NCBI GenBank assembly: GCA_905182375.1
Contig: CAJJBF010000009.1
Coordinates: 5,984-45,983 of the forward strand
Source of the DNA: Flammeovirgaceae bacterium UBA4465
GTDB taxonomy: Bacteria > Bacteroidota > Bacteroidia > Cytophagales > Cyclobacteriaceae
Direction: 5' to 3'
DNA: 40,000 bases
Shown here: positions 20,546-29,243 of the stretch, one piece after another
Layout of the letters: each line of letters opens with the position of its first letter
How positions within the stretch are numbered: position 1 is the first letter of the stretch
Translations under genes and position numbers: made by a program
Notes under the pieces: generated by a model
What the model was told of the DNA's origin: nothing
The model's database searches: none
The model's input: only the letters and a program-made list of their open reading frames with translations

Positions 20546-21310
20546 CTACAAAATATTTTTAATGCTGCCTCCATCCACTGCCAATGAGGTACCGGTAATG
20601 TAGCTCGCGCGTTCACTGACAAAAAAAGCGACAGCTGCCGCAAATTCATGGGGCTCACCAAAGCGTCCCAGGGGAATGTTTTTGACATTATCCTTGAAGG
20701 AAGGGTTGACCTTCAGTAAATTTTGTAACCTTCCTGTTTCAGTAGATCCAGGCATGAGATTATTAACTGTAATATGATAAGCACCGAGCTCATTGGAAAG
20801 GCTTTTGATTAATCCAGATACTGCCGCGCGCACACTGTTTGAAAGAATCAATCCATTAACGGGTTGCTTAACTGCCTGTGAGGTAATGGCCACAATTCTT
20901 CCCCATTTTTGCGCCTTCATTTGGGGTAAAAATCCCTTGATTAAGGCCACAGTACTGGCCAAAAGCAAATGATATGCGGCTTCCCAATCATCCAAGGAAA
21001 ATTGGTCAAAATCCCCTGAAGGTGGTCCTCCTGAATTGGTAATCAAAATATCTACTGTTTTAAATTCATCTAGCGCCGCTTTGATCATCCGATTGCGATC
21101 TTCTTCATTGGATACATCCCCCGCCAAAGCCAATATCTTACCTTTTCCAAAATCAGCCAAAGTCTGCGCTGCTTGTTCTAAATTTTTGGCATCTCTACCT
21201 GAAATAATGACGTGGCATCCTTCCTGTAACAGTTCCTTGGCAACTGCATAACCCAGCCCTTGACTTGATGCCGCTATAAAGGCTACTTTATTATTTATTA
21301 ATAAGTCCAT
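20546..21310 (-). CDS. SDR family oxidoreductase
   Basis: 254 aa. An AASSQGLG cofactor loop, NSGG, and a C-terminal ASYITGTSLAVDGG. Confidence 0.85.
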   Translation of the reverse strand: MDLLINNKVAFIAASSQGLGYAVAKELLQEGCHVIISGRDAKNLEQAAQTLADFGKGKILALAGDVSNEEDRNRMIKAALDEFKTVDILITNSGGPPSGDFDQFSLDDWEAAYHLLLASTVALIKGFLPQMKAQKWGRIVAITSQAVKQPVNGLILSNSVRAAVSGLIKSLSNELGAYHITVNNLMPGSTETGRLQNLLKVNPSFKDNVKNIPLGRFGEPHEFAAAVAFFVSERASYITGTSLAVDGGSIKNIL

Positions 21311-21317
21311 AGTACGA

Positions 21318-23153
21318 TTAGATTTTGGGGATTTCTGTCTCCCATGACTTTTGATCGAAAAGAAATTTTGGCTTGAGATTGTGCAGGGATCGAAATGCCG
21401 TCTCCTTTAGTTTGGGATACTGCTGCTGCAGCTGATTCAATAACTCCTTCATCTCACGACGTTTTAGATGCTCCTGTGATCCACAAAGATTACAAGGTAT
21501 AATGGGCCATCCCTGAGCTTGGACAAAATCTGCTATCCAATCTTCATGAACCGAAAACAAGGGCCTGATTACATACAAATCTTCTGCTTGGATCTGGTAA
21601 TGAGCCGGCATCGAGCCTAATTGACCAGAAAAAAACAGATTCATCATAAAAGTTTCTAATACATCCTCTCGATGGTGGCCCAAGGCTATTTTGTTACAGC
21701 CAAGATTTCTAGCTGAATCATACAAAATACCTCTCCTCAATCGACTGCAAAGTGAACAATAACTCTTACCGGGGAGTGTTTTTTCGGCTACTACACGATA
21801 AGTGTCTTGCTCAACGATCTCATAGGGTACGTGCCATTCTTTAAAAAGCTTTGGTAGTACCTCTGTAGGAAATCCAGGCTGTTTTTGATCTACATTTACT
21901 GCTAAAATCTCGAAATCTATGGGTGCTTTTTTTTGAAATTCTTTTAAAAAATGTAACATGCACAAGCTGTCTTTCCCTCCACTGATGGCAACTAATATCT
22001 TATCCCCAGCAGCAATCATCTCGAAATCATTGATCGATTGACCTATAGCACGATTGATTTTTTGATATGGCAACTTGTTCCCTATTTTATGTATCTGAAA
22101 TCTTGATCTCGATTCAATGACTTTGATGGTTTCAAGAATTAAATTAATAACATGTTCAACATCTGATTTTGCTACTGTCTCGACCGTAGTATGCATATAT
22201 TTGAGCGGTAATGAAATCAATGCTGAAGCTACGCCTGCCCCAGAATAGGCAAAGGCATCCGTGTCTGTGCCTGTAAACCTCGAAGAGGCCAATCTTTGAA
22301 AAGGAATCTCATTCTTTTCAGCTACCTCCACAATCAAATCTCTCAAATTTTGCTGGACCGCTGGTGCATAAGACAAAGTGGGGCCCTTGCCTATCGCAAT
22401 GTCACCACTGTTTTTTTTGTCATACATAGGTGCATTCGTATCGTGAGTTACATCGGTTATTATAGCTACATCCGGCTTAATTCGTCTCGAAATCATCTCA
22501 GCTCCACGCAATCCAATCTCCTCTTGAACGGCATTAACGGCATACAAACCAAAAGGAAGTTTGATGTCCTGTTCTTTAATTCTTCTAAAGACCTCTGCTA
22601 TCATAAAACCACCTATTCTATTATCTAAGGCCCTACCCGTATAATATTTTTCTCCGAGTTCCATCAGCTCATCAGTGAAGGTGATTACGGTCCCGGGATG
22701 AATTCCCATTTCCTCTACCTCAGCCTTACTACTGGCTCCCACGTCCACAAAAATATTTTTTAAGGTCGGTGCATCTTCTTTTTCCTTGCGCACATGAATA
22801 GCGGGCCAACCGAATATTCCTTTCACAATCCCTTTTTTACGTGTGTGCAGATTTACTCTCATGGAGGGCGCAATCTGGTGATCAGATCCTCCATTTCGGA
22901 TGACATAAATATAACCTTTATCGTCTATGTAGTTCACAAACCAAGAAATCTCATCAGCATGGGCCTCAATGACTACTTTGTAAGGTGCCTCTGGATTTAT
23001 CACCCCTACTACGGTTCCATAGGTATCAGAAATATAATCATCTATGTAGGGCTTCATATAATCAAGCCATATTCTTTGTCCTCCTTCTTCAAAACCGGTC
23101 GGTGAAGGATTGTTGAGATATTTATATAAGAAGTCTTTGCTTTTTTGATCCAT
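21318..23153 (-). CDS. ttcA: single 611-aa ORF: M42 family metallopeptidase (about residues 1-355) fused in frame to the tRNA 2-thiocytidine biosynthesis protein TtcA (about residues 360-611)
   Basis: The N-terminal half has M42/FrvX features (MDQKSKDFLYKYLNNPSPTGFEE, EAHADE, VQEEIGLRGA). The C-terminal half has the PP-loop SGGKDS plus the CSLCSRLRRG and CNLCGSQ Fe-S motifs of TtcA. No stop codon separates them. A TTG at 22071-22073 is the only plausible independent TtcA start. Confidence 0.75.
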   Translation of the reverse strand: MDQKSKDFLYKYLNNPSPTGFEEGGQRIWLDYMKPYIDDYISDTYGTVVGVINPEAPYKVVIEAHADEISWFVNYIDDKGYIYVIRNGGSDHQIAPSMRVNLHTRKKGIVKGIFGWPAIHVRKEKEDAPTLKNIFVDVGASSKAEVEEMGIHPGTVITFTDELMELGEKYYTGRALDNRIGGFMIAEVFRRIKEQDIKLPFGLYAVNAVQEEIGLRGAEMISRRIKPDVAIITDVTHDTNAPMYDKKNSGDIAIGKGPTLSYAPAVQQNLRDLIVEVAEKNEIPFQRLASSRFTGTDTDAFAYSGAGVASALISLPLKYMHTTVETVAKSDVEHVINLILETIKVIESRSRFQIHKIGNKLPYQKINRAIGQSINDFEMIAAGDKILVAISGGKDSLCMLHFLKEFQKKAPIDFEILAVNVDQKQPGFPTEVLPKLFKEWHVPYEIVEQDTYRVVAEKTLPGKSYCSLCSRLRRGILYDSARNLGCNKIALGHHREDVLETFMMNLFFSGQLGSMPAHYQIQAEDLYVIRPLFSVHEDWIADFVQAQGWPIIPCNLCGSQEHLKRREMKELLNQLQQQYPKLKETAFRSLHNLKPKFLFDQKSWETEIPKI

Positions 23154-23166
23154 AATATTATTTTTT

Positions 23167-23872
23167 TTAAATCGATTTTGTCAATCCACCATCAATCACA
23201 AAATCTTGTCCTGTGATATAAGCCGCCTTATCTGATACTAAAAAAGAAGCCAATTCGGCTACCTCTTTAGGGGTCCCTTGCCGCAACATGGGAATTTGAT
23301 TAATGGTTTGTTCATCTGCCGGATATGAATTGATAAATCCGGGCAAAATATTGTTCATTCTCACATTGGCATGACCCAATTCACGAAGCAAATAATTTAC
23401 AATAACTGGATACTGCTGCTCTTATAACGGATGAAATAGGAAAGGATAAAGAAGGCTCTTTGGCCCCAAATGTGGATATATTGACAAAAGCGCCTCCTTT
23501 TTGCTTCGCCATAATGGGGCCAATGGATTTGGCCAGTCTGATTACATTCATCAATAATAAATTCATCCCTTTTTCCCAGTCTGAATCTGTCAGCGACAAT
23601 AAAGACCCTTTACTCGCATGACCCGTATTACATACCACCGCATCAATCCGCCCATACTTCTCGTAGGTAAAAGCAACCAATCTCGCAATATCATTCTCAT
23701 CTTCAATGGATCCCTGTAGGGGCCTGGCATTGAGTTGATCGCAAAGGGCAAACAAACTATCTGACCGAGACATCAAAACAAGCTTATATCCCTCAGATGC
23801 GAGTTGAGTCGCACAAGCAGCACCAATTCCTTTACTGGCCGCTGTAACAATGACTACTTTTTGTTTTTTCAA
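23167..23872 (-). pseudogene. SDR family oxidoreductase, split by one frameshift
   Basis: The N-terminal ORF (23381..23872, TAASKGIGAA..NTGH) and C-terminal ORF (23167..23391, ..ELGHANVRMNNILPGFI..AAYITGQDFVIDGG) are two halves of one SDR. Removing one T near 23384-23389 restores ..YCKLFARELGHANVRMN... Confidence 0.75.
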
Positions 23873-23962
23873 TAATTTAGATTTTGAGTATTACAAAATT
23901 AATTGAAAACCTGTTGGTCTTCATGCATCCGACCCTTATATATTTAGGATTAAAATGATATG

Positions 23963-24017
23963 ATTCTATAAAGGAATATTGCCGTGCTTTTTCCTCGGCA
24001 GTGTGGCTACTTTATTT
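23963..24017. repeat. direct repeat copy A: orphan copy of the last 16 codons plus stop of an acyl-CoA carboxyltransferase gene
   Basis: The minus strand reads NKVATLPRKKHGNIPL* (stop at 23966-23968). By hand alignment 49 of 55 nt are identical to 27525-27579. No intact gene body lies upstream of it. Confidence 0.75.
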
Positions 24018-24622
24018 CCAATCCTCAGATATAGGCAAAATTCGCAAAATAGAGCATGAAAATAGGGTTTGTAAAGAAGTTATTGAGAAACTATCATTGG
24101 ATTAGTTTAAAACTTTTCTAAACTATGAAGTAGCTTAATTAACTATCTGAGCAAAATTTTTTTAATTAAAATTGGTGTAATAATAGCGAAACAGCCACTA
24201 CCTTCTGGCATAACCCAAATATGGAGGCTTATCTACTATTGCTATAGCTATGTATCTGAGAATCTAAATATAATAATATGTTTATTAATAAATGTACGCG
24301 CTATGAAAGAACTAGAAAACTAAAGCTCCATTGTGTAAGATTTATCCATCAATCACTAGGAAAAATTTTTATCTCTATGCTATCAACACATTAGATCACA
24401 ATGCCGCAGAATTACCCCAGATCACAGGTATTTTTTCCTCAGATCATAATAAGCATTACACAGGAGCAGATATTGAGGAGATTGCAAAGAAGATGAGGGG
24501 GTGATTAAATCTCTTGTTCAAGATACCTATCGTAAATAATTAAGCAGATCAAAATGATTAATTTTCTAATTACATTATAATGAAAACTCAAATTCAAGCT
24601 CTCAATTTTTGAACTAAACCCC

Positions 24623-26863
24623 TTAATTCCGCATAACTATACGAAACGTTTTATTTATATCTCCACTTTCAACTCTCAATAAATACACTCCGTTTAAGCT
24701 TGCACCCATATCTACCTTGACTTCTTGTACAAAACCTTTAAATTCCTTCATCCAAATTCTCCTGCCATTCAAATCTATTAGCGTCATTGTTAAATTATCC
24801 ATCTGGAAAATTTTGATCTATTCTTATGGTAAGAGTTTGCCCTAAACTCGGATTTGGAAAAACGAGAATCTCAGCTTCAAAGGGATCAGTCACACTGGTA
24901 ATAATACTACCATCGAAATAATTGTTGGCAAGGTCAAAGGCAGCAATACCAATTTTTTTCTCCAATCAAGCGACCCGGAATATCATCTACCGGCGGATGT
25001 ATTCCTCCCCATATTCTAGAAAGACTGGTCTGGTCAGCCGCGTCTCGATAGGTTGCCCACTGTAAAGTAATGTCAACACTTGGGCCTTCCTCAAATACCA
25101 AAAATTCATTTTTAGGGGCTACAAATTCACCAACTCCTCCGGGGAAAAAACTCGTCTCCTGTCAGCAATGTGATTACTTCTGCCGCGGCTCTTGAAAATG
25201 TGGAGTGACCGGATATATATCCTGCAAAAGGGGGGTTGACAAAAGTTGGTCGCTGATATGGCCACCAGTTCTCAGCCAAAATCCAGTCAACACCTGCCGC
25301 ATCGCCAGCGGGATCTGATATAAACTCAGGCCCTTTCCAAGCCATTAATTTGATCTTACCTATATTTTCATCATTATCACCGAACAATGGGTCTTCCTCC
25401 AAGACCAACTCAACCAAACCATCATGCAATGGGATTCCATTTGCCGCATAATTGGGTAGTTCCGAATCTGAAGATTGTCCCTGATCAGCCATGTATCTAA
25501 TTGATGAAATGGGTCTGGGGTAATCGTACCACCCTTTTATGCTCCAGGCTGTTATGGCCGCGTCATGAAGTGCTCCTCCCAATGTAAAATACGCTTTCAC
25601 ATCCCACTCTAGATCGCCTAATATCTCACCTTGACCTTTAAATCTTTTTTCGAATAGTTCGTGATCATTCACATAGTTCAAAATAGTATACCAATGACCT
25701 GGCGGTGTTTCAGAATCTGGTCCATCAGCCCAAAATTCAGCTAACACCCTAGCATAATCTCCTCTGGGTACTACCTGAGATGGATATGGCAGTTGAGTAA
25801 TCGGATTAATCTCATGTCCTCTACTTGGATCACCCCCTTCATGCAGATTATAAAATTCCCGAAGTCCTTCCAAAGTTGTTGGATAATCTTGAATTGCTAT
25901 GTTTCCGATGGAAGCGGGTGATATATCGATCATAACTCCGTCCGAGGGATCTAAGTGAGATGACCATATAGCAACCAGTTCATTGCCCCATTGATAATCC
26001 GATGAGTTTCCAGATCCATCAGATTGAATATAACATGGATCTCCGGGATCATGATAAATCCAATACTCTTCTCCATCCCTTTCCCTAACATCAAGGTCAT
26101 ATTGACTAAGTGCAAAAGGAATGACAAAACCCCACTCAGGACTCAAAAAGTCTGGCGATCCTCCTGGAATTTCGAAACCAGCTTGATCAATAAATAAATC
26201 AAACGCCAGCGGCTGCCAGCGATTGGGATCATTCATCTCCTGACTTCCCGGTAGCGTGGGTATCATCACATCATTCTGGGACTCGTAAAACAGATTTGCA
26301 TAGAAAAACCATTCATTCGATCCATCCTGATAACCAAATTCAATAATTTGCTCTGCAATATAATTTCCAAGTGCTGCCGGTGAGCCGTCTTCATACGATG
26401 TTGAAGTAATAGACATATCATTTCCCATAGCAATCATCAGACTGTCAAATCGTAGGAGAGACTCTTCAGCTCCTGGCGATATTTCAAACCGATGTTTCAA
26501 CAATCGATAAGCCGCAAAACTAATTGCTTCTGTCTGGGCGGCTTCCACATTTAAAGGTGCCTCAATTCCCTGAAAAGAATATGTGTAACTGCCCACAGTT
26601 TTTCCAAGAAAAAATGTCTCGGCTGTTTCGTCGTACACTGCCCAGGCATCATACATAGCGGCAGAAATATGAAAGAGATTTCTAGCATGTACAGTTGGCC
26701 GCGCAAAATCATTTCTTATGGCTTCAAGCAGAACTTCGTTCCACTGTCTGGCTACCGACTGTTGTGAGATGCAAGGAATCGCAATTCCTAAGATCAGCAC
26801 AAGAATCAATATACCAGTACCAAACCTTCCAGATTTCTCCAAATTACTTAGTTTTATTTTCAC
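24623..26863 (-). pseudogene. PAP2-superfamily / vanadium-dependent haloperoxidase-like secreted protein with a T9SS C-terminal sorting domain, at least 3 frameshifts
   Basis: The 578-aa ORF (25127..26863) has a signal peptide, ARQWNEVLLEAIRNDFARPTVHARNLFH and the PAP2 motif GYISGHSTFSRAAAEV. Hand translation downstream continues in shifted frames with ..TYRDAADQTSLSRIWGGIHPPVDDIPGRLIG.. (PAP2 motif 3). It then runs into a T9SS CTD (VFPNPSLGQTLTIRI...LIDLNGRRIW...LNGVYLLRVESGDINKTFRIVMRN*). The frame breaks are at C4/T6 (25141-25150), A7 (24953-24959) and A4T4 (24807-24814). Confidence 0.7.
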
Positions 26864-27066
26864 CTTTTTTTGTACTTAATCATCTGCTGTTGAACGTCAT
26901 GTAACCACCCTTACCTGAACGCCCCTTATCGGACCTACCCAACACAGATTTCTTGTATACCCTAATATCGTCATTGCGTGGAAAAGTGAGAACCAATTCG
27001 GCATTTTCATTGGTCTTGGCTTCCTATATCCAGTACATGAATGATTGAATCTAGTCAAGGGGATCT

Positions 27067-27236
27067 TGGGATGTAAGTAATGTTCATTTTATGATAGTTA
27101 TGTTTGCTGAGGCTATCTCTTTCAACCAAGACATTTAATTTGGAATGTAAGTAAGGTAACAATGTGTGAGGATTTCAGTAAAGACGCAACCGCTTGGACA
27201 TTACCCAAACCTAACTTCACTAACTGCAAGGAATAA
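27067..27236 (+). pseudogene. 3'-terminal remnant of a DUF285 / BspA-like repeat protein (frameshifted, 5' part missing)
   Basis: Hand translation gives WDVSNVHFMIVMFAEAISFNQDI* followed, one frame over, by (LI)WNVSKVTMCEDFSKDATAWTLPKPNFTNCKE*. This matches the roughly 25-aa DUF285 unit W(D/N)VSxVxxMxxMFxxAxxFNQDI. Only decayed traces lie upstream (about 26900-27066). Confidence 0.5.
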
Positions 27237-27524
27237 GCCTCCTTAGAAGATTAATATAAGATTATTCAATACATCCCTTTTAATGAAGTTTTAATTTATT
27301 CAAGAATGTAGTATCAGTAATATACTTTAAAATTTTTATAAGTTAAGGAGTTCTTGGAAACAGACATGACCCAGTAACAAATTGCTGATTAAGTATGGTA
27401 TGCTAAGACTAGGATATCAAGAATAAATAAAGAACAATCTTACCAAAATGTCTGGGAATTCATGGAAGGTTACTCGCCTTACGTTATAATATCCCGAATC
27501 TATGTTAATTAAGGGTATTATAAA

Positions 27525-27579
27525 ATTCTATAAAGGAATATTGCCATGCTTCTTCCTCGGCAGTACCGCCACTTTATTT
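27525..27579. repeat. direct repeat copy B: the authentic 3' end of the carboxyltransferase gene
   Basis: The minus strand reads NKVAVLPRKKHGNIPL* (stop at 27528-27530). This is the partner of 23963-24017. Confidence 0.75.
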
Positions 27580-29074
27580 TTTAACATTTCAAACTCTGAT
27601 CAGCCGATGCCGTGTTTCTCTTGGGAAGATTACCTCATCTATATAACCACGGGCAGCCGCATGATATTGTCCCAGAATCTAAGCCATCCGATTTTTTCTT
27701 GATGTTTTTCTTTGGGATCCGCTGCTTCAGCAATCTCTTTTTTGAAAATGATTTCAGAGGCTCCTTTTGCACCCATCACCGCAATTTCAGCAGATGGCCA
27801 AGCAAAATTCATGTCAGCACCAATATGTTTGGAATTCATCACGTCATAGGCCCCTCCATAGGCTTTGCGCGTGATAATCGTAACCCGCGGCACCGTGGCT
27901 TCACTAAAGGCATAGAGCAATTTGGCGCCATTAGAGATGATGCCATTCCATTCCTGGTCTGTCCCCGGTAAAAAGCCTGGTACGTCAACCAATACCAAAA
28001 GTGGAATATTAAATGCATCACAAAAACGCACAAACCTCGCTGCTTTTTTACTAGCGTGTATGTCCAGTACTCCCGCATAGCTCATGGGTTGATTGGCAAC
28101 GATTCCCGTACTCTTACCAGCGATTCGAGAAAAACCAATCAATATGTTTTCAGCATAATCAGGCTGGACTTCATGAAAGCTATCCATATCCACGATCTCC
28201 TTGATCACCTCACGCATCTCATAAGGATGATTGGTATTCTCAGGTAAAATTTGATCTAAAGCTAGGTCTCAGATTCATCCCCCTGTAGCTCATAAGGCTG
28301 TTCCGGCGGCTGTTCTTCACAATTAGAAGGAATATATCCAAACACTTTTTTGATGTCAAAGATACATTGGGCATCATTATGGGCCGTAAAATGGGTCACG
28401 CCACTTTTTGAGGCATGGGTATGAGCCCCTCCTAAGGCCTCTGAGGTGACCTCTTCCTGAGTAACCGTCTTTACCACGTTGGGACCTGTTACAAACATAT
28501 AACTGGTTTGATCCACCATAAAGATAAAATCAGTTAATGCGGGTGAATAAACGGCGCCTCCAGCACAAGGCCCCATCACTGCCGAAAATTGTGGTATCAC
28601 ACCAGAAGCCCTGGTATTGCGATAAAAAATATCTGCATAGCCCCCCAAAGAAACCACACCCTCTTGGATACGCGCACCTCCCGAATCATTTAATCCAATG
28701 AGGGGGGCGCCATTCTTCATAGCCATATCCATTATTTTAACAATTTTCTCAGCGTGTGTCTCTGATAATGAGCCTCCAAAAACAGTGAAATCTTGCGAAA
28801 AAACATAAACCAAGCGACCCGTTACTTGTCCAAACCCCGTAATGACTCCATCTCCAAGGATCAACTGTTTATCCAAATCGAAATCCTTGGACCGGTGCGT
28901 TACCAGTTTATCTATTTCTTGAAATGAGCCCGGATCCATTAATATATTGACCCGTTCTCTAGCCGTTAGTTTCCCTTTTGCATGCTGCTGATCGATCCTC
29001 TTAATCCCACCTCCGAGTTCTGCCCTTTCATTTTGGACGATCAAATAAGCATCTTTTTCTTTTTTCGTCCTCAT
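27528..29074 (-). pseudogene. acyl-CoA carboxylase carboxyltransferase beta subunit (propionyl-CoA carboxylase beta / methylmalonyl-CoA carboxyltransferase type), 3 frameshifts
   Basis: The N-terminal ORF 28262..29074 (..[34 protein letters not shown]) and the middle ORF 27639..28217 (..[21 protein letters not shown]..) are followed by two further frames. These read ..[21 protein letters not shown] and ..FEMLKNKVAVLPRKKHGNIPL*. The breaks are near 28262-28270, between 27642 and 27678, and at 27592-27602. Confidence 0.8.
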
Positions 29075-29243
29075 AGCATCTGCTCTTTGTTAAATTTAAA
29101 ATAACGCCTTACTTTATTCACTCAAATATATCATGAAATCAATAATGAAAGCCTGAATTACCGAGAAGATCTTAGGGATTCTTATAAATGTATTAGGTCT
29201 TTATTGCGTAAAAGTTTAGATTCGCGAGGTCAGCTTTAAACCT

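Noticed and set aside
20455-20688. 77-aa minus-strand ORF spanning the NHL/SDR intergenic region
   Set aside because: It overlaps the 3' end of the well-supported SDR gene in another frame and the NHL gene start. It has no recognisable features.
22296-23105. Plus-strand ORFs 22296..22628 and 22794..23105
   Set aside because: They run antisense to the M42 peptidase domain, and their translations are compositionally odd (Ile/Ser/Tyr-rich). These are shadow ORFs.
24103-24124. Near-palindrome tagtttaaaa-c-ttttctaaacta, and ttaattaa motifs nearby, as a possible operator or hairpin
   Set aside because: Short imperfect AT-only palindromes are expected by chance in AT-rich non-coding DNA. There is no adjacent intact gene for them to regulate.
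23873-27524. Calling this segment a mobile element or genomic island outright
   Set aside because: I found no integrase, transposase, terminal inverted repeats or tRNA target by eye. Only the 55-bp direct repeat and the accessory, decayed content support the idea. It is reported as a hypothesis in the findings, not as a feature.
27502-28247. Track ORFs 27502..27702 (+), 27612..27971 (+), 27839..28078 (-) and 28056..28247 (+), which could be read as separate small genes
   Set aside because: All lie inside, or run antisense or out of frame to, the clearly recognisable frameshifted carboxyltransferase gene. Their translations have no family features. They are shadow ORFs created by the decayed gene.
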